19,738 nucleotides of DNA from the NCBI GenBank assembly GCA_963977445.1, contig CAXBPH010000120.1, positions 1 to 19,738 on the forward strand, in the 5' to 3' direction. The position numbers and the translations under genes were made by a program. Every line of letters begins with the position of its first letter. The first letter of the stretch is position 1. Below, one piece after another: positions 7,248 through 16,317 of this stretch. The notes under the pieces were generated by a model. That model had not been told where the DNA came from and did not search any database. It worked only from the letters and a program-made list of their open reading frames with translations. The stretch comes from an uncultured bacterium. GTDB lineage: Bacteria > Hydrogenedentota > Hydrogenedentia > Hydrogenedentales > JAEUWI01.

Positions 7248-8578
7248 TGCCCGCTGAACCCGTACGTGATGCGGCCATTGATGTGCTCCTCCGCGTGATG
7301 GAGCGCGATGTGTTCCTCGATGTGTCGCTCGACAAGACCCTCCGTCGAAAAACCTTTTCTGACCGGGGCCGTCGCTTTCTTGGCATGTTGGTCTATGGTA
7401 CGACACGTCACCGAATTTTGTGTGACTTCGTGCTGCAAAAGCACTGCCACCAACCCCTCGACAAATTGCCCCCCGCCCTCCTGGTTATTTTGCGCATGGC
7501 CGTGTTCCAATCGCTTTTTTGCGACCAGGTCACGAAACCGGCCATGGTACACACCTCGGTCGATCTTGCCAAGAAACGAACCCACGCCGGGCTGGCCCGC
7601 ATGGTAAACGCCGTCCTGCGGAAGGTTCCCGAGCACCTGGAAGAAATCGACTTGCCCGATCCCGAGAAGGATTTGGCCAAGTTTCTGAAGATCCGTCATT
7701 CCATGCCCAAATGGCTGATTCGCAAGTGGATGGAGCAGTTTGACGACGACACGGCAAAACGCCTCTGTGAAACGTCCAATGAAGCGGCCGACACCATCCT
7801 CCGGGTCAACACGCTGAAAAGCACCAAGGAAGCCCTCAAAAAGCGCCTGGAAGCCTCCGAGTGTGTGGTGGATGATGACGTAAACCTGCCCAATGCACTA
7901 CGCATGGTCCACGGCGGCGCCTTACCGCGCAGCAAGTGGTTTCAGCAGGGCCATTTCTTCCTCCAGGACACGGCTTCCATGTTACCGGCCCTCTTGTTGG
8001 AACCCCAGGCAGGTGATCGGGTATTAGACCTGTGTGCTGCGCCGGGCGGCAAGGCCACCCATATGGCGGAATTGTCCGAAGGTAAGGCCCTAATTATTGC
8101 CATGGATTCCAGTCGCAGACGGCTCTGGAAAGTCGAAGAAAATATTGAGCGGCTGGAAAGCCCCGGTATTCGCATCGTCTGCGGAGACGGACTTAATCCC
8201 CCCTTCGCAGGGGACTTTGACCGCATTCTCGTCGATGCGCCCTGTTCGGGTCTGGGGACGCTCCGCCGTCACCCCGATTTGAAGTGGCGAATGACCCAGG
8301 AATCTGTGGATGAATTGGCAGAAACGCAACGTACGCTGTTGCGTTCCGCCATCGAGCTTTGTAAAAATAACGGAGTAATTGTCTACTCCGTATGCACCTT
8401 CACCCCCGAAGAGACCACCGCCGTGGTTCAGTCTATTCTGGCGGAGGGCAACGTGGTGCTGGAAAACGGACAGGAGTGTCTAGATTCGTGGAAGACCGAA
8501 AACGGGATGTATCAGAGCCTCCCATCCGACGGGGCCTGGGACGGATTTTTCTTGACTCGATTTCGGAAACAATCCTGA
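7247..8578 (+). CDS. rsmB: 16S rRNA m5C967 methyltransferase RsmB/Sun
   Basis: NusB-like N-terminus (VNAVLR), LRVN, QDTAS, LDLCAAPGGK, DAPCSG, YSVCT and DGFF motifs. TAATG overlap with fmt. Confidence 0.95.
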   Translation: MPAEPVRDAAIDVLLRVMERDVFLDVSLDKTLRRKTFSDRGRRFLGMLVYGTTRHRILCDFVLQKHCHQPLDKLPPALLVILRMAVFQSLFCDQVTKPAMVHTSVDLAKKRTHAGLARMVNAVLRKVPEHLEEIDLPDPEKDLAKFLKIRHSMPKWLIRKWMEQFDDDTAKRLCETSNEAADTILRVNTLKSTKEALKKRLEASECVVDDDVNLPNALRMVHGGALPRSKWFQQGHFFLQDTASMLPALLLEPQAGDRVLDLCAAPGGKATHMAELSEGKALIIAMDSSRRRLWKVEENIERLESPGIRIVCGDGLNPPFAGDFDRILVDAPCSGLGTLRRHPDLKWRMTQESVDELAETQRTLLRSAIELCKNNGVIVYSVCTFTPEETTAVVQSILAEGNVVLENGQECLDSWKTENGMYQSLPSDGAWDGFFLTRFRKQS

Positions 8579-9609
8579 ACTTCGTCTTTTTCATCCTGAA
8601 ATTTGTCGCCTGGAGTATTCAATGGACAGCCGCGTTGGCCGTCTTTCTGGTGGTCATGGCGGGATCGGGCTACTATGTCTACGTGAAGACCCTTGCCGGT
8701 GGCGAACCGGTTCAGGTGCCCAACATCGTTGATCTCCCCCTGGAAGAAGCGGCGACCCGGCTTGCTGAGCGGGGCCTCGAAATGGGCCGCCAACAACCCC
8801 TGGCCCACGAGACCGTGCCCAAGGGCCGCGTCATCAGCCAGCGGCCGACGGATGGTCGTGTGGTCCGCACGGGACGCAAGGTCTATCCGACAGTCAGCAT
8901 GGGCCCGGATTTTCTCACCGCACCCGCCCTGGAAAAACGCTCTCTGGAAGATGCGCGGGCAGAACTTCTCAGTTCCCGTTTTCGTATTGGCAGCGTGGCC
9001 CGTATCCCCGATACGAGCCCCCGTAACACGGTTATCGCGCAGGATCCGCCCCCGGGACAAAATTTACCCATGCAGGGCAGCGTCCATCTCCTCGTCAGTG
9101 ATGGGGATGCCCAGTATAAGGACTACATGCCCGATCTCCTCGGAAAATCGATTCGCGAGATCGAATCCTTGCTCGCGCCCTACAATGTGACCCTCATCCC
9201 CGAAGTGGCCCAGGATTTACCCAACGCCCAGGAAGATATCGTGTTGGAACAGGATCCCCTTCCTGCCACCATGATCTTCGATGGTCAGGTCGTTATCTAC
9301 AAAGTGCGGCCCTCCGGCCATATTACCCTGCCCGACACACGCCTCTCGGGTCTGGTACGCTATAAGATGGCCAACGATTGGTATGGCAATGAAGTGCGCG
9401 TCGAACGAATTGACCAATTGGGCAACAAGGACATCATTGGAAGTTATCCGCCAGCGTTTGACGACCAGGCCAAGGCAGCCCGTGTGGCAGGTAGTGGACT
9501 AAAGATCCCCGTGACCTACATTGGCTCATGCACGGTCGAAATTTTTATCGATGGTAGCCGCGTCGCAGCCTATCAGCTGAAAGATGGCGAAGAACCCACA
9601 GAACAGTAG
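8488..9609 (+). CDS. Membrane-anchored protein with three PASTA domains and a C-terminal beta-rich (Ig-like) domain; no kinase domain
   Basis: TM segment, then VPNIVD...GRVISQRP...VSMG, APAL...TVIAQDP...VSDG and MPDLLG...VLEQDP repeats. Start uncertain: GTG 8488 (AGGAG at 8472-8476) or GTG 8476, both inside rsmB. Confidence 0.85.
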   Translation: MEDRKRDVSEPPIRRGLGRIFLDSISETILNFVFFILKFVAWSIQWTAALAVFLVVMAGSGYYVYVKTLAGGEPVQVPNIVDLPLEEAATRLAERGLEMGRQQPLAHETVPKGRVISQRPTDGRVVRTGRKVYPTVSMGPDFLTAPALEKRSLEDARAELLSSRFRIGSVARIPDTSPRNTVIAQDPPPGQNLPMQGSVHLLVSDGDAQYKDYMPDLLGKSIREIESLLAPYNVTLIPEVAQDLPNAQEDIVLEQDPLPATMIFDGQVVIYKVRPSGHITLPDTRLSGLVRYKMANDWYGNEVRVERIDQLGNKDIIGSYPPAFDDQAKAARVAGSGLKIPVTYIGSCTVEIFIDGSRVAAYQLKDGEEPTEQ

Positions 9610-9637
9610 TTCCTCTCTTGGATTGAAAGGTATATTC

Positions 9638-10282
9638 GTGCCGGAAATTAAAATTGCCCCGTCCATCCTGGCCAGTGATTTCAGCCGCCTCGGCGAAGAA
9701 GTCCGTGCCGTTATCGATGCAGGCGCAGACATGATTCACGTCGACGTGATGGACGGCCATTTCGCCCCCAATATCACCATGGGCCCCGCCGTTACCGCCG
9801 CCTTAAGACAACACTGCACCGTCCCCATGGACGTCCATCTCATGATTTCGGACCCCATGGCTTACGTGGAAGACTTCGCCAATGCGGGCGCAGACATCAT
9901 CTCCTTTCACGTGGAAGCCACCGATCATCCCCTCCGTGTAATCGACAAGATCAAAGAAATGGGATGCAAGGCCGGAATCGTGCTCAATCCCGGCACCCCG
10001 GAAGAGGATATTGAGTTCATCACCGAGCATATCGACATGGTGCTGGTGATGACCGTAAATCCAGGCTTCGGGGGCCAGGCCTTTATCCCCGACATGATTC
10101 GCAAAATTCAAAACGTGCGGGCCATGATGGATGATCGCGATGTGGAAGTGGATGGTGGCATCGACGCCCAGACCGCGCCCCTCGTCATCGAAGCAGGTGC
10201 CAATGTCCTCGTCGCAGGTTCATCGATATTTCGCAGCGAATCCTACCTGTCTGCCATCGAATCCCTGCGCCCATTAAAATAG
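9638..10282 (+). CDS. rpe: Ribulose-phosphate 3-epimerase
   Basis: IAPSILA, HVDVMDGHF, DVHLMI, FHVE, MTVNPGFGGQ, EVDGGI and VAGS motifs. GTG 9638 follows GAAAGG. Confidence 0.97.
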   Translation: MPEIKIAPSILASDFSRLGEEVRAVIDAGADMIHVDVMDGHFAPNITMGPAVTAALRQHCTVPMDVHLMISDPMAYVEDFANAGADIISFHVEATDHPLRVIDKIKEMGCKAGIVLNPGTPEEDIEFITEHIDMVLVMTVNPGFGGQAFIPDMIRKIQNVRAMMDDRDVEVDGGIDAQTAPLVIEAGANVLVAGSSIFRSESYLSAIESLRPLK

Positions 10283-10458
10283 TTAGCCGAACTCAGATCC
10301 GCGGCCTCAACGGAAAAAACTGGAGCGGGCGGTAAAGAATCCAGGGGTATTTGCTCTGCCAACCTGGTGCCGCTGAGCCACCGGACCATTCCCCTCCTGG
10401 GGTTTCCAAAAGCAACTTGAATCACTAAGTTGGTCTTAGTTCCAATAGGTATCTGTCT

Positions 10459-10493
10459 GGGTGCCACGGTCAAGCCCTCAGGGCTTGCCCGTG
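10459..10493 (+). repeat. REP-like palindrome, left copy
   Basis: GGGTGC foot followed by hairpin CACGGTCAAGCCC-TCA-GGGCTTGCCCGTG with one mismatch; inverted copy at 10592-10625. Confidence 0.8.
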
Positions 10494-10591
10494 TGGAAAC
10501 TAGAATCGGCATTGGGCACTCGGAATTTACGAATCGAAGATGGGGTCACCAATACAGGGCCTATCGGTAATTTCTTGATCACAAGACACAT

Positions 10592-10625
10592 CACGGGCAA
10601 GCTTGATCGCTTGACCGTGGCACCC
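10592..10625 (-). repeat. REP-like palindrome, right (inverted) copy
   Basis: Reverse complement reads GGGTGCCACGGTCAAGC-GATCAA-GCTTGCCCGTG: identical 17-nt and 11-nt arms to the left copy, with a different centre. Confidence 0.8.
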
Positions 10626-10732
10626 GAAGTCCCTGTTGAGCCATCTGGTTCACCGATAGATAAAATGTAACGTATCCCGCCTCGCTGATATGTTGGAAGC
10701 CAAGGCAATCGCATTAAAATCAATAGCAGTCC

Positions 10733-10780
10733 TTAGCTCCAGAGGAGCGACAGAAAATAGCCTGGGGCGTAAGCCCCAGG
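10733..10780. repeat. Twin-hairpin REP-like element of a second family; the larger hairpin may terminate the minus-strand transcript
   Basis: GCTCC-AGA-GGAGC (10736-10748) and perfect CCTGGGGC-GTAA-GCCCCAGG (10761-10780), each with TAG at its 5' base. On the minus strand the large hairpin is followed by CTATTTTCT, 31 nt past the carboxypeptidase stop. Confidence 0.6.
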
Positions 10781-10811
10781 AAACCTGACCCCATCTGCTT
10801 GAGTCAAACCC

Positions 10812-11987
10812 CTAATTCACCGCAGATAATTCGGGGGTTTGCTCGTGCAGGCCGACCCATTGGGCATGGCCATTCTCGATGGACAGGTACCAGCCTTTAC
10901 TGGGCACGGCCTCCGCAACCATCAGAGGGGTTGACGTCAATTCGGTCCCATTGAGCGACACGGTGAGGGCTCCGATAACCGCCTCTTTCTGCAAGGGTGC
11001 CGATAGGGTTGCAGGATGATGGGCCGAAATATCCAGCGAATTCAATAACTGACGCGGCAACTCGATGGTTACATCTTTGGCGGGACTGATATCGGTGGCT
11101 AAAGCGCGCCCCCGCTGGACCGGCACGGACACACCAATAGAATCGCCTCGCGCCAGCAAGGTCACCTCGGCATAGTCATCAAAATATTGATTCATCGTAT
11201 CTTCGGCGAGCTGAAAACGTCCGTACTTGCTTGTGGAGCCCATGACAATGCAAATGAGTCTTCGACCATCTCGTTGAGCGCTTGCGGCGATGCAAAACCC
11301 TGCGGCATTGATAAAGCCCGTCTTCATACCATCACAATCTTCCATACGCCAGAGCAACTTATTGGTGTTGTATTTTATGGTGTCCTCGGGGCGGAACTGA
11401 AATTCCTTCTGACTCACCAAGGCCATGATGGTAGGTTTTTCGGTGCAGGCGCGGGCCAACAAGGCCATATCATAGGCCGTGGTCACGTCGAAGGGATCCC
11501 CTTTGTCGGGTGGAAGGCCGTGAACACCGTGGATAACGGTGTCCTTCATGCCCAAGGTTGCCGCGTGCTCATTGGCTACTTTCAAGTACGCGGCTTCACT
11601 GCCCCACAGGCCCTCTGCGACCGCCATCGCCGCATCATTGGCCGACGCCACGGTGATAGCGCGCATGAGATGACCGAGTGGCCAGGTCTCTCCGGCATTA
11701 AGATACACCTGGGTCCCGCCCATACTTGCGGCGCGAGCGGACACACCAATCATGGTCTCCGAGGTCCAGTCGTTTCGTTCGTACCCTTCTGTGACCAACA
11801 ACATGAGCATGAGCTTAATCATACTTGCCGGGGGCCGTTTAATACGTTCATTCTCGGCATGGAGGACCAACCCCCGCTTTACTTCCATGCACAAAACACT
11901 TACACGCGCTTCAGCGGCCGCAAGGGGCCGGAGGTGGACCGAAACTAACAGGATTGTAACAAGCACAACACGTAGGGGGTACTTCAC
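10812..11987 (-). CDS. D-alanyl-D-alanine carboxypeptidase (peptidase S11, DacA/DacF-like)
   Basis: SxxK (PASMIK), SxN (SANDAA), HGL and KTG motifs, signal peptide and PBP5-like C-terminal domain. Start set at GTG 11987 after a GA-rich tract, not 12044. Confidence 0.92.
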   Translation of the reverse strand: MKYPLRVVLVTILLVSVHLRPLAAAEARVSVLCMEVKRGLVLHAENERIKRPPASMIKLMLMLLVTEGYERNDWTSETMIGVSARAASMGGTQVYLNAGETWPLGHLMRAITVASANDAAMAVAEGLWGSEAAYLKVANEHAATLGMKDTVIHGVHGLPPDKGDPFDVTTAYDMALLARACTEKPTIMALVSQKEFQFRPEDTIKYNTNKLLWRMEDCDGMKTGFINAAGFCIAASAQRDGRRLICIVMGSTSKYGRFQLAEDTMNQYFDDYAEVTLLARGDSIGVSVPVQRGRALATDISPAKDVTIELPRQLLNSLDISAHHPATLSAPLQKEAVIGALTVSLNGTELTSTPLMVAEAVPSKGWYLSIENGHAQWVGLHEQTPELSAVN

Positions 11988-12006
11988 GTTTCTCTCTCTT
12001 TTCTCG

Positions 12007-14790
12007 TCATGACGTCTGGGTGGAGACGGCTTCACCCGGGGCATGACGCTTGATCAGGGCAACCATTTCTTCGGTACCGAAAGGCTTTTTTACAACCCCA
12101 TTTACCCAGCGGGGCAATTCGAGGGGCTTTGAAAATCCAGTCATTGCGTATACGGCCATTTCTGGTCGGCTGGAATCTCCGTTCAGCCATTTAAGTTCCT
12201 GGAGCACTTCAACACCAGGGACGTCCACGTCTACCAGTACGAGGTCAGGAAAATCTTCCAACACCAGCTCCTGGGCCTGTTTCGTAGTCGCGGCACAATA
12301 GGCAAGGACGTGACGATGGGCCATGGCGGTTTCGACCCATTCCAGCAAGCCGGGGTCCGTGTCGATCACCATAATTCTCGGCAGGCTCTGACGAACCGAC
12401 TCGCTGTTTTTTGTCGTGACACTCGTGTCGGTAAAGTCGGACTGATTGCACACCCGCTCCAGAGCATAGGCCAAATCCTGGGAGGAAAATGGTTTGGTTA
12501 CAAAAACGATATCCCCCCAGAGCTCGCCCGCCTCCTTCAGCTGCTCGGTAGATTCACCCGAGAACGCAATGACGGGAAGCGAATCAGTGGCAAGATTTTG
12601 CCGCAACAAGGCGAGCGTATTCAATCCCGCCAAATCGTTTGCCGTGTCATTCAATAGAATCAGATCCGGCGGATTCTGCTCTACTTCGCGAACACACTCA
12701 TACCCGTTGGACGCAAATCGGCAATGAAGCCCGAGGGGTTCCAGCACAGAGGCAATGGCGCCCGGGAAGGCCTCCCCTTCATCGACCACCAGCACTTCCT
12801 TGATGAAGAGTTCTCCCAAAGTGGACCGGTCCCAGGAAAAATCAAAGACCGCGTCGGGCAGGTGAATCGTGAAGGTGGTCCCCTCACCCACAACGCTGTC
12901 TACGGTAATATACCCCCCGTGAGCCTCGACAATGCTTTTCGCAATGGAAAGGCCGATTCCCGTCCCCTCAAACCGTCGGGTTTTCGAGCTATCTACCTGA
13001 AAGAACTTTTCAAACACCTTTTGCCGATGTTCCTCCCGAATCCCAATACCCGTATCGGTGACCGACAGCGTAAAAATACGGTCGGCGCTGGTATCCGCGC
13101 AGAGCGTAATCGTTCCGCCCTCGGGCGTAAATTTCAATGCATTGTTAAGCAATATACCCAAAACCTGGCCAAGCTTCTCCCGATCGCACCACGTTGGCAG
13201 AATAGTTTCCCCGACATTGGATTTCAACGTGATCTCTCGGGCGATGGCGTCGGGCAGGAAGGAAGCAGACGCCTCTTCCACAAGGTAGGCCGGGGAAAAA
13301 AGACGCCGGGAAATCTGTACCCCCCGAATCTCCATTCGGCTGAACTCGATTATCTCATTCAGGTGGCCTATCAGGCGACGGACGTTTCTGTCCATTACCC
13401 GAACGGCAGCGGCCTGGGGATCTTCCATCTTGCCCAGACTCCCGGAATCGAGCATCTCCACGTACCCCTGGATCGTACTTAGCGGCGTGCGCAACTCGTG
13501 ACTCACGTTGGAGAGGAAACTATCCTTCGCCCGGTCATGCATCAGCAATTCTTCGTTGAGCACTTCGAGCTCGTGGGCCCGCTGCTCCATCTGGTGCTGC
13601 ATTTCTTTAAGCTCACGGACACTCGTGACAACCAGGGAGTGGCCAGGCTCTTCCTCGTCGCCGGTGCGATTCAGGTAGGCAACGGCCGCCATTACCGGTA
13701 AATGTTCACCGTCCGCGTCCAGAAAGTTCAGCTCCAGACGGGCCTCTTCAATGGGCAATTCTTCGCGGCGCACCAGGAGGTTGAGGAGGCGAACACGGCC
13801 CGCACCGTCGATAAGGTCGAGAACATTCTTTCCGGTGAGCTCCTGCTCCTCGAGTTTCAACAAATCACAAAAACGTTCGTTGGCAAACTGGATGCGATTG
13901 TTCATATCGACGGTCAGGAAGCCCTCGTTCATGGAAAGCAGCAAGGTACGAAGGCGTTCTTCGGACTCCTGAAGTCGCTGGGTCTGCTCTTCCACAAGAA
14001 TCTGCAGCCCCTCCGCATAGCGTTCCACCCGCTTTGCCAGACGCCGCTGCTCGGTGGTCTCACGGACCGTTGCCAGGTTGGCATAGTGCCGACCGAAACG
14101 ATTTAACAGGGGCGTTCCGCTGAACCAGAAATACCGTTCCTCGCCGTCGATATGCCAGCAGACTTCATATTCCGAGGCAATCTGTCGCGCCCGAACCTGG
14201 AGGTGTTCCGATACCGGGTGTAACTGAAATCGCTCGGCCAATTTGGATACATCTTCCCCCAGCACCTCTTCCTCGGTACTCCCGAACATTTCCAGCAACC
14301 GTTTATTCACCATGAGCACCGGGCCGTCTATGTTGCTGAGAATGAAACCTTCATGCATATGATTGGCCAGATACATGAAGCGCTCGGCCGTCTCCTCGAT
14401 GTCCTCCCCGGTTCGAACGACCATGTAGAGCACCACCACGAGCCCCAGCATGAGACTACCGATACCCATCATTCGCGAGAAATAGGCAATTTGCTGGGAG
14501 ACATAGGCGCCCTCACTGAGGGCTTCGGCAAAACCAGAGACACTCAGGCCGGCGCCCAACAGCAACATAAGGACACCAATGAGCAGGAAGATTCGCTCCA
14601 CCAGACTAATCTGGAATCGAGCAAGGAGATTGCCATAGGAAATGAGTGGAATCGCAACGGAGAGGAGAATCACCACACTTCGCCAGGCATAGCCATCGAG
14701 CTGGTGAGAAAACTGAATCCCACCCAAACCCATCAATATGGGAATGAGGTACAGTACGAGTCGTTTTCTTGGATAGCGGCTCTTTATCAT
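12007..14790 (-). CDS. Membrane-bound hybrid sensor histidine kinase (about 4 TM, 2 PAS, HisKA, HATPase, 2 receiver-like domains)
   Basis: H-box FLSNVSHELRTPL, N-box NNALKFT, G1 DTGIGI, F-box FEKFFQVD, G2 GTGIGLSI. PAS starts NHMHEGF and SMNEGF. Two C-terminal REC folds each ending in KPF. Confidence 0.93.
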   Translation of the reverse strand: MIKSRYPRKRLVLYLIPILMGLGGIQFSHQLDGYAWRSVVILLSVAIPLISYGNLLARFQISLVERIFLLIGVLMLLLGAGLSVSGFAEALSEGAYVSQQIAYFSRMMGIGSLMLGLVVVLYMVVRTGEDIEETAERFMYLANHMHEGFILSNIDGPVLMVNKRLLEMFGSTEEEVLGEDVSKLAERFQLHPVSEHLQVRARQIASEYEVCWHIDGEERYFWFSGTPLLNRFGRHYANLATVRETTEQRRLAKRVERYAEGLQILVEEQTQRLQESEERLRTLLLSMNEGFLTVDMNNRIQFANERFCDLLKLEEQELTGKNVLDLIDGAGRVRLLNLLVRREELPIEEARLELNFLDADGEHLPVMAAVAYLNRTGDEEEPGHSLVVTSVRELKEMQHQMEQRAHELEVLNEELLMHDRAKDSFLSNVSHELRTPLSTIQGYVEMLDSGSLGKMEDPQAAAVRVMDRNVRRLIGHLNEIIEFSRMEIRGVQISRRLFSPAYLVEEASASFLPDAIAREITLKSNVGETILPTWCDREKLGQVLGILLNNALKFTPEGGTITLCADTSADRIFTLSVTDTGIGIREEHRQKVFEKFFQVDSSKTRRFEGTGIGLSIAKSIVEAHGGYITVDSVVGEGTTFTIHLPDAVFDFSWDRSTLGELFIKEVLVVDEGEAFPGAIASVLEPLGLHCRFASNGYECVREVEQNPPDLILLNDTANDLAGLNTLALLRQNLATDSLPVIAFSGESTEQLKEAGELWGDIVFVTKPFSSQDLAYALERVCNQSDFTDTSVTTKNSESVRQSLPRIMVIDTDPGLLEWVETAMAHRHVLAYCAATTKQAQELVLEDFPDLVLVDVDVPGVEVLQELKWLNGDSSRPEMAVYAMTGFSKPLELPRWVNGVVKKPFGTEEMVALIKRHAPGEAVSTQTS

Positions 14791-14808
14791 TTCACGCGTG
14801 ACAGGTCA

Positions 14809-15273
14809 TCAGGTTCGGCCCGAACGTATGGTTGCTTTTTCGAGGGCGATCGCTTCGCTCGCAAGGGTATCACAGCGCTCGTTGTAATGGACACCTGCGT
14901 GCCCCTTGACCCATTGCCAGGATATCTCATGGCGCTGGGTAGCTTCATCGAGTCGCTTCCAGAGGTCAATATTCTTAATGGGACCACCTTTACGCTTCCA
15001 GTTCCGCGTTTTCCAACCCGGCATCCACTCGGTAATCCCGCGCTTAACATATTCAGAGTCGGTTACGAGCTGGATACTGCAGGGGCGGTTGAGGGTTTCC
15101 AGTGCGGATATGGCGGCCATCATTTCCATACGATTGTTGGTCGTATCCGGCTCGCCCCCCGACAACTCGCGCTCGGTGCCTTTATAGATCAAGATGGCCG
15201 CCCACCCACCCACGCCGGGGTTGGGTTCGCAGCCACCATCCGTATAAATTATCACGGCGTCTTCTTGAGACAC
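14809..15273 (-). CDS. rnhA: Ribonuclease HI
   Basis: [38 protein letters not shown] and NERCD motifs. GTG 15273 with AAAGGAG upstream. Confidence 0.97.
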   Translation of the reverse strand: MSQEDAVIIYTDGGCEPNPGVGGWAAILIYKGTERELSGGEPDTTNNRMEMMAAISALETLNRPCSIQLVTDSEYVKRGITEWMPGWKTRNWKRKGGPIKNIDLWKRLDEATQRHEISWQWVKGHAGVHYNERCDTLASEAIALEKATIRSGRT

Positions 15274-16229
15274 AGATTCTGCTCCTTTGGTTCTATAAAC
15301 TCGGGTGCTCCTGCGGCCATTTTGGCTTCCGCAGTCAGGGTAACCCGTCGATCCCACACCATAACGCCGTAAAGCGCGGCCAGAATAAGACCCATGGCAC
15401 CAATTACATTCCACGTCAGAGGCTCCCCCAGCACCATCATGGCAAGCCCGGCGGCCAGGGGAGGTTTCAGCAAGATTACGCTCATCGCCCGGGTAGCGTC
15501 AATACGCTCCAGCCCCATGAAATAGAGCCAGTAGGCCAATCCGGTCGTGCCAATGGAAAGATAGACTACGGGCACAGGATGGGCCAGTAAGGGTGCAATT
15601 TCCAGGCCACCCCCTTCCCAAAGCATGAGGGGCGTCATGAAAAGTACCCCAAATAGAAACGACAGCGCCGTAATGGGTAGCCCCGCATAGGGACCGGCAT
15701 ACTTCTTAACCAGAACGACCCACAGGCAGAAGGACCCAACGCTGAGCAGCGCACACGCCACGCCCGGCAGGGAAAAATTCGGTGACGGCTTACCGGAGGC
15801 AAGAAGGAGAATACCGAGAAATCCCAACAGGAGCCCCACCACCCGGGGAATGGTCATCTTGTCGCCAATAATGACGCGGGACAGTCCCATCACAAAGAGG
15901 GGAGCCGCACCGTATACCGTGGCGATTACGGCGGCACCGGCCAGGGTCAAGCCATATTGGAGGGCAATACTGGAAATGGCAATGCCCGGCAGGGAAGACC
16001 ACAGGGCAAACCAGACGACTTTACGGGTCAACGGCAGTTTCCGCCGACGGAGCTCGACAGGAAGCAGAAAAAGCAGAAACACGCCACCGAGCATGAAGCG
16101 CACCCAGGCGAATTGTATGGGTGGAATGGCATCATGGAGGGTTCGCACGACGACTTCTACGGTGCTCCAGAGCGCAATGGCGGAAATCAGGCATAAGAAG
16201 CCCAGTCGCGTATTTTTAGCAGTTTGCAT
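15252..16229 (-). CDS. DMT/EamA family transporter
   Basis: About 10 TM helices in two EamA repeats (LWST, WVRF, LGEPLT). Start set at ATG 16229 (MQTAKN); 3' end overlaps the rnhA start by 22 nt. Confidence 0.9.
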   Translation of the reverse strand: MQTAKNTRLGFLCLISAIALWSTVEVVVRTLHDAIPPIQFAWVRFMLGGVFLLFLLPVELRRRKLPLTRKVVWFALWSSLPGIAISSIALQYGLTLAGAAVIATVYGAAPLFVMGLSRVIIGDKMTIPRVVGLLLGFLGILLLASGKPSPNFSLPGVACALLSVGSFCLWVVLVKKYAGPYAGLPITALSFLFGVLFMTPLMLWEGGGLEIAPLLAHPVPVVYLSIGTTGLAYWLYFMGLERIDATRAMSVILLKPPLAAGLAMMVLGEPLTWNVIGAMGLILAALYGVMVWDRRVTLTAEAKMAAGAPEFIEPKEQNLCLKKTP

Positions 16230-16317
16230 GGTGGAAGAACCGGTTATCGAGAGGCAGGCAGGAGACCCCGGGAAGTCCTGATTTGGACCTCCGAAAGCGT
16301 CACCACGACAATCAGAT

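Noticed and set aside
6309..7406. 365-aa minus-strand ORF
   Set aside because: Antisense shadow of fmt.
10459..10625. CRISPR mini-array or IS terminal inverted repeats
   Set aside because: Only two copies, inverted and 98 nt apart, each internally palindromic; no cas or transposase gene and no target-site duplication seen.
10243..10723. Short ORFs in the convergent gap (10243-10512, 10461-10670, 10478-10723)
   Set aside because: They run through the REP-like palindromes and have no convincing RBS or recognisable domain.
14809..15273. RNase H as part of a retron, retroelement or defence system
   Set aside because: Canonical stand-alone RNase HI with no reverse transcriptase, integrase or nuclease partner nearby.
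16230..16315. Riboswitch in the DMT transporter leader
   Set aside because: Only a 6-bp CTGATT/AATCAG pairing that straddles the likely transcription start; no recognisable aptamer motif.
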